A stretch of 64,000 nt of DNA from Planctomycetota bacterium (lineage in GTDB: Bacteria > Planctomycetota > PLA2 > JAEUHO01): assembly GCA_965222115.1 (NCBI GenBank), contig CBDCTJ010000007.1, positions 2,432,001 to 2,496,000 on the forward strand. Direction: 5' to 3'. Of this stretch, positions 1 through 10,586 are shown one piece after another. The notes beneath the pieces were generated by a model. That model did no database searches. It had not been told where the DNA came from and saw only the letters and a list, made by a program, of their open reading frames with translations. Position 1 is the first letter of the stretch; the number at the start of each line of letters is the position of its first letter. Made by a program: the position numbers and the translations under genes.

Positions 1-2
1 AT

Positions 3-704
3 ACGCATATCCAGATCGAGCGCGGCAGCATTACGGCGTTCATTGGGCCTTCTGGTTGTGGGAAGAGCACGGCGCTTCGCTGTCTAAACCGAATGAACGA
101 TCTCATTCGTGGGTTTCGCTTCGAGGGGTCTATCTACTTTCGCGGCCAGGATATCTATGCCGCGGATGTGGATCCCGTGGCGGTACGTCGTCACATCGGC
201 ATGGTGTTTCAGCACCCCAACCCATTTGCTATGAGTGTCTACAAGAATGTGGCCTTTGGCCTAAAGCTAAATGGCTTCAAAGGGGACTATGACGAGCGTG
301 TTGAGAAAGCACTCCGCGGCGCCGCCATCTGGGAAGAAGTCAAAGACAAGCTGAATCAAAGCGGCCTGTCACTCTCCGGAGGGCAACAGCAGCGGTTGTG
401 CATTGCTCGCGCGATTGCAACGGAACCTGAAGTGCTGCTCATGGATGAGCCCTGCTCGGCCTTGGACCCCATCGCCACCCGTCGCATCGAAGAATTGATG
501 CAGGAGCTCAAGAAGAAATACACGATTGCCATTGTCACTCACAATCTCCAGCAGGCACAACGCGTTGCCGACAAAACGGCATTTATGTATGTCGATACTC
601 AGGGCGGCGGTCGTACCGGCTACTTGGTCGAGTACAGCGGCACAATCTTTGATGATCCGCAAGAGGACTCAACGAAGGAGTACATCCGTGGTGAGTTTAG
701 CTAG
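3..704 (+). CDS. pstB: Phosphate ABC transporter ATP-binding protein (5'-truncated by window edge)
   Basis: Frame is open upstream of 93 and reads GPSGCGKST (Walker A); also [30 protein letters not shown]. Confidence 0.95.
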   Translation, partial: THIQIERGSITAFIGPSGCGKSTALRCLNRMNDLIRGFRFEGSIYFRGQDIYAADVDPVAVRRHIGMVFQHPNPFAMSVYKNVAFGLKLNGFKGDYDERVEKALRGAAIWEEVKDKLNQSGLSLSGGQQQRLCIARAIATEPEVLLMDEPCSALDPIATRRIEELMQELKKKYTIAIVTHNLQQAQRVADKTAFMYVDTQGGGRTGYLVEYSGTIFDDPQEDSTKEYIRGEFS

Positions 705-744
705 CGCACGTCGTCACACGGTTGGGCGGCGTCGGCGTGTCTGT

Positions 745-1797
745 ATGGCGATCTCCGTACTATGCATGGGGGGGAGCCTGCTCTGCCTGCTCTGCCTGCT
801 TCCTGCTTGCGGCGCCAGCGATGCCTCCCAGAACAAGGCCGCCGTATATCTTCGCGGCGCGGGGGCTACGTTCCCGAAACTCATCTACCAAAAGTGGATC
901 GAGACGTACGAACGAGAGCATCCAGCCATCGATATCGAATATGAGGCTGTCGGTAGTGGTGATGGGGTCAAGCGCTACCTTACAAACGAACCTGGGCTGA
1001 CCTTCGGGGCCAGCGATGTCGCGCCGAATCCGAATCAACTTGACATGGTCCAGCGAGGAGCGGTGCCGATACCTATGACCGCGGGGAGTATTGTGCTTGC
1101 CTACAATCTTCCTGGATTTGACGGCGAGTTGAGGCTCTCCCGCAACGTGATGGCCGGCATCTTTTTGGGCACCATTTCCCAATGGAATGACGAGCAGATC
1201 AAGGCCAGCAATCCCGGGAAGTCCTTGCCCGATCGCGCTATCACCGTGGCCGTCCGCATGGACGGATCAGGCACCACATCGGTGTTTACTGAACATCTCG
1301 CCGCCATTAGCCCTGCCTGGCGCGACGGCCCAGGGATAGGAAAGCGTATCGACTGGCCCTCGCGCACACTTCCAGGTCGAGGAAATGCAGGGGTCGCCGC
1401 ACGGATTCAGCGTTCTCCGGGGTCCATTGGTTACATCCAGTATGGCTTCGCCCAGAAACTGTCGTTGCCCCTGGCCACGTTGGAAAACAAGGCTGGCAGC
1501 TATATCGCGCCAAGTGGAACAAGCGGCACGGCCATGATTGCGAGCCTGAAACTCGATAAGTACTTATGTGGTAGTAACCCCGACCCCGATGGCAAAGACG
1601 CTTATCCCATCGGCTCCCTAACGTGGATCTTGGCATACGGACGATACACCGACACCGCCGAGTCCAAAGCGCTTCGAGACTTTCTCAGTTGGTGCTTGAG
1701 CGAAGGCCAGAGCTATGCAGAAGGTCAAGGGTATCTCCAACTGCCCGATCATGTTCGCAAGCGGGCACTTCAAGCCGTGGGTACGATTCAGCCCTAG
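745..1797 (+). CDS. pstS: Phosphate ABC transporter substrate-binding lipoprotein
   Basis: GAGATFP, VGSGDG, FGASD, RMDGSGTT motifs; lipobox-like LPAC; start at 745 is inferred. Confidence 0.93.
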   Translation: MAISVLCMGGSLLCLLCLLPACGASDASQNKAAVYLRGAGATFPKLIYQKWIETYEREHPAIDIEYEAVGSGDGVKRYLTNEPGLTFGASDVAPNPNQLDMVQRGAVPIPMTAGSIVLAYNLPGFDGELRLSRNVMAGIFLGTISQWNDEQIKASNPGKSLPDRAITVAVRMDGSGTTSVFTEHLAAISPAWRDGPGIGKRIDWPSRTLPGRGNAGVAARIQRSPGSIGYIQYGFAQKLSLPLATLENKAGSYIAPSGTSGTAMIASLKLDKYLCGSNPDPDGKDAYPIGSLTWILAYGRYTDTAESKALRDFLSWCLSEGQSYAEGQGYLQLPDHVRKRALQAVGTIQP

Positions 1798-1884
1798 TGC
1801 ACGTGCACGTGTGATGAGATTCAGTGCAGGCCTCCGCGCGTTCATCGATCGTTCGACGAGAGCGAACAGCCTGCAGGAGAACCC

Positions 1885-2541
1885 ATGATGGGTGCACGGC
1901 GTCTGAACCTCAAGTCGATTGAAGACTCGCTTCGTGCGGTCCAGAAAGACTTCCCGCGTATCAATTCGATCATCAAATCCAAGCGCGAACACATGTCGGA
2001 CGAGATCGTTGAGAATATGCTTGCGGGCTATGAACAGATCAATCGCTACCTAGCGAAAGATAAGCCGCTTCTTGTTCGCAAGCGTCGCGATCACGTATTG
2101 GAACTCAACCACACCGTGCTATGCGGCGCCGAATCCAAGCGCCGCAAGGAGTACAAGAAGCACATCGAGAAGACGCGTGAGCGTTTCTTTTTTGCCGATG
2201 GGTTCAATATTGACGTGTTGCTCGACTGGTATCTTCGACACCGAGATCGCTCGGTGTGGCGTCGCGCATCCGGTTGGTATACGCGCTCAGTGAGTCGTCC
2301 GCAGCTCTTCTTTGAAGGCAATCATCGAACCGGCGCATTGCTGATGAGCTACATGTTGGCCCGTAAGGGCCATCCCCCATTCGTTCTTTCCGTAGACAAT
2401 GCCAAGGGATACTTTGATCCCTCGTCCATGATTAAGCGTACGCACAAGAACAAGCGCACGCTCATGTTTCGCATTCCCGGCCTCGACAAGAAGTTCTCCA
2501 AGTTTTTGCGAGCCCACGCGGATGGTCGGCACTTGAAGTAG
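1885..2541 (+). CDS. Fic/Doc-like protein with degenerate motif
   Basis: RPQLFFEGNHRTGALLM resembles the Fic motif HPFxxGNGRxxR but lacks the catalytic His. Confidence 0.6.
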   Translation: MMGARRLNLKSIEDSLRAVQKDFPRINSIIKSKREHMSDEIVENMLAGYEQINRYLAKDKPLLVRKRRDHVLELNHTVLCGAESKRRKEYKKHIEKTRERFFFADGFNIDVLLDWYLRHRDRSVWRRASGWYTRSVSRPQLFFEGNHRTGALLMSYMLARKGHPPFVLSVDNAKGYFDPSSMIKRTHKNKRTLMFRIPGLDKKFSKFLRAHADGRHLK

Positions 2542-2547
2542 CGCCCG

Positions 2548-5500
2548 TTAGTTGCCAGCCACAGCCGCCAACGCCTTCTGCGCGGCCTTCGAGACTTTGA
2601 GGTTGGTGGAGCGAATGTGCTTCTTCAAAAACGTCTTGGCAGCCTTGGCGTCGGGCCCGATATCGCCAAAGGCGTTGATGGTTTGAATGAGGTCAAAACT
2701 TGTCTGGGTGCGTCCAATGGTCAGCAGAGGGCGAACGGCAGGTTTGCCGATCTTTGTGAGCGCGGTGAGCGCTTCCCATCGTTCCGTGTGTTGTGGATCC
2801 CGGTACATGGCGGCGAGTGGCTTAACAGCGCTCTTGGCCTCTTCGCCCATCATGCCCAGCACACGTATGGCGGCAACGCGCAAAGCGGGTTCCGTCGATT
2901 TGAGGTTAGATTTCATGAGCCTGACCGCCTCTTTGCCGCCCTTGGCAACCAACTGAATGGCTTCTTCGGAAAGTGCACGCGGCTTCTTGCCGATGTAGCC
3001 CAGCAAATCCTTTGTGGTGGCGTGACCCACGCGCTGCAACGCGCGAAGTGCATGCACGCGAATCGGATCGGGGTACGACTTGCTGGCGAGTAACGTATTG
3101 AGTGCGGCGACCGACGTGTCGCTATCATCGGCCACCGCTGCGAGCACCTTGGCTTCGCGTATGCCTCGCTTGGGATTCTTCTGAACGATTTCAAGCAAAT
3201 GGTCAATCGCACGATCGTTGGCGCGCCCAATTGCCGTCATGGCATCCAAGATGTCCCCGCGCACACTCGCGTGCAGTTTTCGCTTGAGCAAATCACCAAC
3301 GACGCCCGCAATGGGTGCAGCAACCGGCCCCAAACCGCGCGCAACGAGGACAGCACCGGGCACCGCGCGTTCATCTCGTCCGGAAAGGACCTTGCGCAAC
3401 ACTGGAATTGCCGGCTTGCCAAGTCGTATCAGACCCGCAATGCCTCCGCGCCACATGGCGTCGTCCTTTTCATAGAGCGCCGCACCAAAAATCTCTGCAA
3501 ACTCGGACTGTGGCAGTTTGAGTGTTGCAAAGGCCTCCTCGCCCATGCGACGAATCGTGGGCGACGGATGAATGAGTGCGCCGCATAGGTGAGGGGCCGC
3601 ACGCCGCGGGTTGGCGTGGGCGAGCGCAAGCATGGCCAAACGACGCACGCGCGAAGGACCCTTGTGAACCAAGGGAGCGATCTTGCTGGCATGCGACTTA
3701 ATGCGTTCCGGGGCAATCAACGTTAGCCGCTGGAGGATCGCCAGCCGATGTTCGTCATCGTCGGAGTCAAGTGCTGCGTGCAGTGCGGCCACCACATCAT
3801 CCGAGGCCTGTTGTTGGAAGCCCGCAAGGGCCAATGAAGCGACGGCCCTGATGGAGGCGTCGCTGCTCGTTAGGGATGACTTCAAGATTTTGATGGCAGT
3901 GTCTTCCCCAGGCACAAGCGCGAGTACCGCGGTTGCGGCTTGCGTAGAAACCGTTGTGACCGGATCCGTCATGGCCTTCGTCAGCGCTTCTTTGGCAGGG
4001 GTTGCGCCGTCTCGAGCGTGGGCTAAAGCAGCCGCAGCCGCCGTTCGAATGTCCGCATCACGATGTCTAAGCAAATCCGCGACGCGTCCGATTGCGGTTG
4101 CGGGCAGCGTGAGCTCGTGGGCGAAGCGAGTAAGCAACGTGCGCAGGACGGAGATGTCCTTTTCAGTCAAATGCGCGGCGAGCTTGGTTGTGCTCGAGCT
4201 TGCTTCATTTGGTAGGAAGGCGCGAATCGAGGCGGCTCGCAGTACGGGATCTTTGCTGCGCATGAAGGGCGAGACGACCTCGTCCAATCCGGGCATACGG
4301 TGCAGCGCAACAGCATCCAAGAGGTGCGCGCATTCATCAGCGTTCACCGATTCGCTTTGGAGTCGCGCTTTGATGTGTCGGTGCAAGTCGTTGTGCGGCG
4401 TGTGGTAGCCGTTTGCGAGTAGGCACAATACGCACATGCCGGTGGCATAAACGCGTCCACCATCGGGTCCCCACACGCACTCCGGATTCCACGATCCCGC
4501 ATAGCCGCATGCGTCGCCCGACGTGACTTGACTTGGGAGCAGGGCCTCGACCAAGGCGTTATCCCACCGCTTCCACGCTTCACCACCAACGGTCGCCATG
4601 GCTATTGTGCCGTAGTACCAATAGTAGAGATCTGTAGATCCACGCTTCCGGTCCCACCGAGGCAGTCGGGATAGCACTTGATTTTGACTGCGCTTGTTTA
4701 CACGATGCCATTCTTGCGGCATCTCAGTCGCTGTTGGCGACGTAAGCCGTATCGCCAATGCGCACGCTGTCATGGATCGAGATTCTTCGGCTGGAAACTC
4801 GTCGATCAATTCTATCGGGCGTGCGGATCCAACGATCTTCGAAAAGTACCCCGCGCGACCTAGCCGTGGGTTGATGATCTGCTCACACCATGCGAGCGCA
4901 CCCTTGAATGCCTTGTGCGGGACCGAAAACGAAGGCGCGACGCCACCGTGCCGAATGGCCAACTCGTTTAGACGCCACGCGGCGACCAGGGGCATAAGCA
5001 CAGATCCTGTCATGGACGTGTCGTTTTCACCCGGCCGAATGCCGTAGCGCCACGCAAGGTTCTCGTTTCGACACAATTCAATAAAGTCAATTGCTCGCTG
5101 AGCAATCGGAACGAGGTCACGATCGCCCGTAACGATCACGGCCATGACGAGTGCGTATGTAGCAAACGCATGATTGTACAAATAGTGCTGCGATGAACGC
5201 GGGCTGATACATCCCTCTTGATCCTGTACCTTCTTTAGATAGTCGATTCCCTTTTGCACCGTATGTCGAAAGGGACCCTTGCACTGGTGCCGATGGCCCG
5301 CCGTCAGAAACGCACGCAGCGCGATACCCGTGACCCCGACGTCGTAGGGGGACTTACCCGCCCCCTCGTTCTTGCGGGCGCCCTCGGCAACCTCCTTTCC
5401 ATGACACCAATGCCCGAACTCGGCGGCGCGCCAGCCGCCATCGGGCGCCTGATGTGCCGCGAGCCAACGAAGACCGTTCTCGATGGCCTGGATTCGTTCA

Positions 5501-5709
5501 CGTGCCCGAGCCAGCTTGGCAAGCCGAACCGACGGATGCAGGACGCCGTGTGCCAAGAGCGCGGCAATCTGCCGGTCTTCCGTACTGAGTTCAGCGGCCG
5601 TTGTTGCCGGCTCCTTGGCAAACGATTCGGGCATTGGACTCGTAAACAAAAGCACCATGCACGCAAGAGCAGCCACCCTTCGTCGAAGGCGATTCAAGAC
5701 GTGGCGCAT
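2548..5709 (-). CDS. Secreted protein with prenyltransferase/squalene-cyclase-like repeats plus C-terminal HEAT repeats
   Basis: Signal peptide; GLRWLAAHQAPDGGW, DLYYWYYGT, GGRVYATGM; many HEAT-like helical repeats. Confidence 0.8.
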   Translation of the reverse strand: MRHVLNRLRRRVAALACMVLLFTSPMPESFAKEPATTAAELSTEDRQIAALLAHGVLHPSVRLAKLARARERIQAIENGLRWLAAHQAPDGGWRAAEFGHWCHGKEVAEGARKNEGAGKSPYDVGVTGIALRAFLTAGHRHQCKGPFRHTVQKGIDYLKKVQDQEGCISPRSSQHYLYNHAFATYALVMAVIVTGDRDLVPIAQRAIDFIELCRNENLAWRYGIRPGENDTSMTGSVLMPLVAAWRLNELAIRHGGVAPSFSVPHKAFKGALAWCEQIINPRLGRAGYFSKIVGSARPIELIDEFPAEESRSMTACALAIRLTSPTATEMPQEWHRVNKRSQNQVLSRLPRWDRKRGSTDLYYWYYGTIAMATVGGEAWKRWDNALVEALLPSQVTSGDACGYAGSWNPECVWGPDGGRVYATGMCVLCLLANGYHTPHNDLHRHIKARLQSESVNADECAHLLDAVALHRMPGLDEVVSPFMRSKDPVLRAASIRAFLPNEASSSTTKLAAHLTEKDISVLRTLLTRFAHELTLPATAIGRVADLLRHRDADIRTAAAAALAHARDGATPAKEALTKAMTDPVTTVSTQAATAVLALVPGEDTAIKILKSSLTSSDASIRAVASLALAGFQQQASDDVVAALHAALDSDDDEHRLAILQRLTLIAPERIKSHASKIAPLVHKGPSRVRRLAMLALAHANPRRAAPHLCGALIHPSPTIRRMGEEAFATLKLPQSEFAEIFGAALYEKDDAMWRGGIAGLIRLGKPAIPVLRKVLSGRDERAVPGAVLVARGLGPVAAPIAGVVGDLLKRKLHASVRGDILDAMTAIGRANDRAIDHLLEIVQKNPKRGIREAKVLAAVADDSDTSVAALNTLLASKSYPDPIRVHALRALQRVGHATTKDLLGYIGKKPRALSEEAIQLVAKGGKEAVRLMKSNLKSTEPALRVAAIRVLGMMGEEAKSAVKPLAAMYRDPQHTERWEALTALTKIGKPAVRPLLTIGRTQTSFDLIQTINAFGDIGPDAKAAKTFLKKHIRSTNLKVSKAAQKALAAVAGN

Positions 5710-5760
5710 GGCGATTCTCCAAGGTGGCTTGCGACTATCGTTGGCGATATGCGTCGTCGA

Positions 5761-7152
5761 CTACCACTTCCCGTTCTTGCTGTTTACCTTTGAAAACGCC
5801 TTCCAACTCTTGTCCATGGCGTCAAATAACGGCGCAACGGCCTCATCGTACTTGGCGATGAGGCCCTTCGGGCACTTGAGCTTCTTCGCTTTGGTGCGTA
5901 GTTCCTTCATTTTATTTCGAAATGTCTTGTCGTGAATCTCGGTCCAGAGAAATCCCTTCACCACTGCGTCTACACCGTGTCCGAAGGCGTCCTTCTCCTT
6001 GCCCCCGCGCTTCGCGGCAAAGTACTTTTTCAGATGGGTAACGGCGACCTTCTTGTGCTTCTTGAAGGTCTTGACGTGTGTGTCGAGTATCGTGTCACAG
6101 GCAGGAATGCCCATAAAGCGGCGAGCAAAGTAGATATAGTGAGCCGCTTGCTCGGAGTCATCGAGCGTAAGCGAGTCTTTCTCGCCCAGCTTCATGGCTT
6201 CAAGGTGCTCCTTGATCAGGTTGTCGATGGTCTTGATCGCAGCCGCCGCGTCCTTCTTTAGCTTCGCGGGGGCGTCTTCCGTCTCCGAAATCCGCATGGC
6301 GAGTTGATAGGCCCCAGCGTAGTCGTGGCGCTCGGCATTTTTGACTTCTCCAAGCACATCGTTCCAACACACCGCCAATCGGTCTATGTCGTCCGTCGTC
6401 ATGCCCTCGACCCACGCGAGTTGCTGGCTCGTATGCGGTACGGGACCATTGTGCTCGGCCGGCCAGTGATTCCACCACTCAAGGCTTCGCAGTCGAAGTA
6501 GGGGATACTTGCGTTCCGCGTAGCTCTCATAACCGCCCACGCTCTGTACGTACGGTACAGCCGGATCCTGCGTGCCGTGCATCAACACGATGGCTTGATG
6601 GTGGCCCTTCTTTCCCAGTTTGGTCTGAGTCCAGACGCCACTGGCATGAGCAACGACGCCCTGTACGTCCGCCGGGTACTCCCCTGCATAGTAGAGTGCG
6701 AAAAAGGAGCCTTGACTGTGTCCATAGATGTACGTTGCCCGCACATTAAGTAGGCTCATGATCTCTTTGTGAAATTTGTTGAATTTCTTAGCGTCGGCAG
6801 GGCGACCGAATGAGTTGAACTGGATGGGCGTCCGCTGTGACGTGCCATCCGGACTCACGACGATGTCGTCGGGTCGAAAGCTCTTGGATGCGTGGTTGGC
6901 AAACCCCCAGCGATGATCGAGGTTTGAACCGTGGAGGATAAACGTGAGGTTGGCGCCCTTCTTCTTGTCGTAGTTCTTGGGAAGTCGATAGTGGTAGGCA
7001 ATGCCGGTTGGCGATGTCCATTTGAACTGGGTGCCCGCTTGTTTGGGGCTGGGCTCACGTTCGACGATCGACTTAGCAATCGCATCGGGACCCCACGTCA
7101 GGCTCCCCAATAGCCATGCGAGCGCCGCGAATACACGTATGAGCTGCATCAT
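5761..7152 (-). CDS. Secreted alpha/beta hydrolase (esterase-like) with helical C-terminal region
   Basis: Signal peptide; LHGS, GHSQG nucleophile elbow, HGTQD acid motif. Confidence 0.75.
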   Translation of the reverse strand: MMQLIRVFAALAWLLGSLTWGPDAIAKSIVEREPSPKQAGTQFKWTSPTGIAYHYRLPKNYDKKKGANLTFILHGSNLDHRWGFANHASKSFRPDDIVVSPDGTSQRTPIQFNSFGRPADAKKFNKFHKEIMSLLNVRATYIYGHSQGSFFALYYAGEYPADVQGVVAHASGVWTQTKLGKKGHHQAIVLMHGTQDPAVPYVQSVGGYESYAERKYPLLRLRSLEWWNHWPAEHNGPVPHTSQQLAWVEGMTTDDIDRLAVCWNDVLGEVKNAERHDYAGAYQLAMRISETEDAPAKLKKDAAAAIKTIDNLIKEHLEAMKLGEKDSLTLDDSEQAAHYIYFARRFMGIPACDTILDTHVKTFKKHKKVAVTHLKKYFAAKRGGKEKDAFGHGVDAVVKGFLWTEIHDKTFRNKMKELRTKAKKLKCPKGLIAKYDEAVAPLFDAMDKSWKAFSKVNSKNGKW

Positions 7153-7222
7153 CGCCTCCCGTAGGCCTCCCCCCGGCCTGCCACCATGTTAGCAAAATTC
7201 GAACGCAATCGACCGGACCCTC

Positions 7223-8572
7223 GTGAGAAGCGAGCGAGGGCGGCTACCTTTCGCATACGAAACAGCCGATAAGATCTCGACCTTTATACGTCCCAAGGAA
7301 GCTCCCGTGATGCCCGCCTGGCCTCCCCGATCCAATGAGCATCAAGGATGGCCGATGGACGGCGCGTCCTCATCATCGGCGTTGCGCTGGGAAGTGCTTC
7401 GTTCCCTGCTCCCGCTTCGCGCGCTCTCCGGAGCATGGGCCGCGTTGATTCGGCCGGGTCAAGAATCGCTCGGACCCACCTTTGTGTTGGCGTGGTTTGA
7501 AACGATGGGGGCCACCGTGACGCCGTTGGTGCTCGTAGCGCGCAGCGAAGACCGGACGTTGGTAGGGCTGCTGGCCATGGCGGAATTCCCCGGCGGACGA
7601 CTCGTGTTCGCGGCCTCGATGGAGGGCGGACAACACGGCGACGTCGTGGCGCTTCCCGAGAACGGGGATCACGTGGCGCGCGGTGCGCTGGGCGCCCTTC
7701 GGTCATATGCATGGAAACACATTTCGTTCCAACGCCTTGCGGCCAATGGTCACTTGGCCCGTTCCTTGGTGGCCGAGGGGCGACTCGGACCGACGCGCGC
7801 GTTTATGAGTGCCGCGGTTCCGCGCATCGAGCGTATGACTACATGGAGCGCATTTCTCAAGTCCAGAACCAAGAAGGTGCGTCACGAGATTCGGCGGCAC
7901 ATTCGACGCTGGGAAGAGACACCGGGTGCGGCCATACGCTGGTCCGATGGACGTCACGCGCTCGACGAAGACATCGACACCCTCTTCAAGCTTCACGAAC
8001 GACGTTTTCGATCCCGGCAGAAACGAACGCAATTCACGGGCTTTTACCAGCGCGTATTCCACAAACGTGTCGCGCGGCGACTGGCACGAGAAGGTCGCCT
8101 CTTGCTCGTCTTTCTTGAAATTCACGGGCGACCCGTTGCAGCGGCCTATGGATGGCACGGCGGCAATACGACAACGCTCTATCAAACGGGATTCGATCCT
8201 TCGGCTGCAAAGCTGAGTCCCGGTTATCTCGTTGCGATCTTCGCCCTGCGCGATGCCGTGATTGGCGGCGGGCGTAGTGTGCTCGATCTTGGCGAGGGGT
8301 GCTACGAGTGGAAACTACGCTGGTCCAATAGTAGCGAGCATCTCATGGACGTTGTGGTGCATCGCCGCGGCGTCATGGGCCGACTACGTAATGCCGCCAC
8401 CTCCACGCTTGCCGCCATTCGTGCGTACCTTCGTCGCCATGTGAGAAAGATCGATTGCCACGGCGCGGTAAATCCGCGAGGTTCTAAGAAACACTGCAGC
8501 AGCATTCAGTGTTCTGCGTGCCCGGCACGAAACGTCGGATCCCACGGACGTCCACGGCGGAAGAGCAAGTAA
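7223..8572 (+). CDS. GNAT-family acyltransferase, CelD/BcsL-like (start uncertain)
   Basis: YQTGFDP...LSPG, LDLGEGCYEWKLRW are typical of the Acetyltransf_6 family. Confidence 0.75.
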   Translation: MRSERGRLPFAYETADKISTFIRPKEAPVMPAWPPRSNEHQGWPMDGASSSSALRWEVLRSLLPLRALSGAWAALIRPGQESLGPTFVLAWFETMGATVTPLVLVARSEDRTLVGLLAMAEFPGGRLVFAASMEGGQHGDVVALPENGDHVARGALGALRSYAWKHISFQRLAANGHLARSLVAEGRLGPTRAFMSAAVPRIERMTTWSAFLKSRTKKVRHEIRRHIRRWEETPGAAIRWSDGRHALDEDIDTLFKLHERRFRSRQKRTQFTGFYQRVFHKRVARRLAREGRLLLVFLEIHGRPVAAAYGWHGGNTTTLYQTGFDPSAAKLSPGYLVAIFALRDAVIGGGRSVLDLGEGCYEWKLRWSNSSEHLMDVVVHRRGVMGRLRNAATSTLAAIRAYLRRHVRKIDCHGAVNPRGSKKHCSSIQCSACPARNVGSHGRPRRKSK

Positions 8573-9345
8573 CGCACTTGCTTCCACAACGTGCGATCCC
8601 CGTAGCGATACAGTGTGCCCATGCCTTTCTGAGGCGCTGCGGAGAGCGAGCCATCCGCAATCGCAGGTACTAGGGGCGGAATAGACTGAGCAGCGTCTCG
8701 AACACAGGCAATCCAACAATCAGATTCGGTTGCCGTGGGGGGCACCATGACGATGCGTTGCCAATACACGTCCCCCGTGTCGGAACCTTGAGCGACTTTG
8801 TGTACGGTGTATCCAATGCCCGACGCGTCACGATTGTAGAGCGCCCAGAACAGCGTATGGCCACCGCGATAGGCTGGAGCGATACCCCAATGCACGTTCA
8901 CGGTTCCGCGGGTAGGAATCTCGAAAATGTGCCTGCGCAACATGGGCGCGCCCGAGACAAGGATGACATCGGGCTTTAGCTCTCGGAGTAGGTGGGCCGT
9001 AGACTGTGCATTGACTTGCCACGTGGGAACTTCATGAACGGGGACGGAAAGCGACTCTTCAGGTGCGGAGTCTCCGCCCGCGAACGCGGCGCGCACCTCG
9101 TCGTCGATGGATGCCAAGTGTGGATTCAGCACGAGTTCTCGGATCTTACTCGAGACGCTCTTCCATGGATGGGCGAGTACGCGGCGCACGAGAGATGGCC
9201 GCGAGGGATTCGGTGAGTCCAGCAGCTTTAGCACGTGGGTGACGCATCCTTGCTGAATGAGTGCGTGCGCAAGATGCGCGTGGGGCGCACCAAAGGCGCT
9301 TAGAAAGAGCACGCGCGGGCGATCGTGGGGGGTGGCGGCGTCCAC
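8506..9345 (-). CDS. Formyltransferase-domain protein (polysaccharide-modification type)
   Basis: NVHWGIAPAYRGG..FWAL, GYTVHKV..GSDTG. Confidence 0.8.
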   Translation of the reverse strand: MDAATPHDRPRVLFLSAFGAPHAHLAHALIQQGCVTHVLKLLDSPNPSRPSLVRRVLAHPWKSVSSKIRELVLNPHLASIDDEVRAAFAGGDSAPEESLSVPVHEVPTWQVNAQSTAHLLRELKPDVILVSGAPMLRRHIFEIPTRGTVNVHWGIAPAYRGGHTLFWALYNRDASGIGYTVHKVAQGSDTGDVYWQRIVMVPPTATESDCWIACVRDAAQSIPPLVPAIADGSLSAAPQKGMGTLYRYGDRTLWKQVRYLLFRRGRPWDPTFRAGHAEH

Positions 9346-9473
9346 GGGTTCCTATCGTCCATCGCGTGCCGGCTCATTGCCACATCTTTGAACTATGCGC
9401 ATGCGACAGAGGGCCGTTTCGGATAGTCTACGCTCCACGCCAATCGCGCACAGACACCCGCGAGGAGACGCTC

Positions 9474-10049
9474 ATGTCGGAATTGTTCGGTCTCAAGAAG
9501 TTCATGATTCGACGTAAGATTCTCACCATCTTCGGTGCTTCATTTCATATCTACGATTCGAACGATCAAGTCGTTGGATTCTCGCGTCAAAAGGCGTTTA
9601 AGCTCAAAGAGGACATTCGCATCTTCGCTGACGAGAGTATGCAGGCCGAGCTACTGACCATTCAAGCGCGCCAAATCGTCGATTTTTCCGCCGCCTACGA
9701 CATTGTGGATGCCACCGAAGGCAAGAAGGTGGGGGCCTGTCGTCGCAAGGGGTGGACGTCCATTTTGCGGGACTCTTGGGAACTCCTAGATGACGGTGAC
9801 AACGTGGTTGGAAAGGTCATTGAAGATTCCGGGACCAAGGCCATGTTGCGCCGGCTCCTCTCCAACCTTATCCCGCAGCGGTTTCATGTGTCTGATGATG
9901 ACGAGAAACCTGCCGCTTTCTTCAAGCAGCGCTTCAATCCCTTTGTCTACAAACTCGAAGTCGAAATCGCCGACGACAGCGGCGTGGACCCGCGCGTGCT
10001 TATGGGTGCCGCCATCCTCATTTCTGCCATCGAAGGACGGCAGGGCTAG
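9474..10049 (+). CDS. LURP-one/scramblase-like protein
   Basis: GAGGAG SD upstream of ATG 9474; QKAFKLKEDIRIF, ARQIVDFSAAYD, IEGRQ C-terminus. Confidence 0.65.
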   Translation: MSELFGLKKFMIRRKILTIFGASFHIYDSNDQVVGFSRQKAFKLKEDIRIFADESMQAELLTIQARQIVDFSAAYDIVDATEGKKVGACRRKGWTSILRDSWELLDDGDNVVGKVIEDSGTKAMLRRLLSNLIPQRFHVSDDDEKPAAFFKQRFNPFVYKLEVEIADDSGVDPRVLMGAAILISAIEGRQG

Positions 10050-10074
10050 CGCGGCGACGTGGGAGAAACGTGCG

Positions 10075-10341
10075 ATGTCGATTCGCGTTTCATGCAAGTG
10101 CGGCAACCGCTTCGACGTCGCCGACAGCCTCGCCGGCGGCATTACCAATTGTCCCAAGTGTGAGCAGGCCACTCAAGTCGAAGGTCTCGTCGATCCTATG
10201 TGGACGTTTCTGCGCGTGCTCGCGCTCGTCTTGTGGGCGCTGGCTACAGCAGTTGCATATCAGCTATGGGGCTTTCCAGGCGCAGCGATCACGGCGCTCA
10301 CCGTCGGCGGGCTATTTCTGCTCATCAGAATTGCGATGTAG
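10075..10341 (+). CDS. Small zinc-ribbon membrane protein
   Basis: CKCG...CPKC followed by two hydrophobic helices; GGGAG SD. Confidence 0.65.
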   Translation: MSIRVSCKCGNRFDVADSLAGGITNCPKCEQATQVEGLVDPMWTFLRVLALVLWALATAVAYQLWGFPGAAITALTVGGLFLLIRIAM

Positions 10342-10586
10342 AAACTCCGCGCGTTTGCTCGCGGCATTTGGCAACATTCCGCATCCAGCACCACCACGAA
10401 TCAGTTACGTGTTCCTGCCTCGGGTTGCGCTTCGTGCTCTTCGCGTGGGCTGTTGACCACCGAGCAGCCACTGAAAGCACCCCGCCGTCGCCAGTCCACG
10501 TTTGGTGGCCTTCGACCCTGAACTTTGAGCTTCGTTTCGCGTCTAGTATGTAACGCTCTTCCACTCGAAGCTAGCGAGGAGGCACT

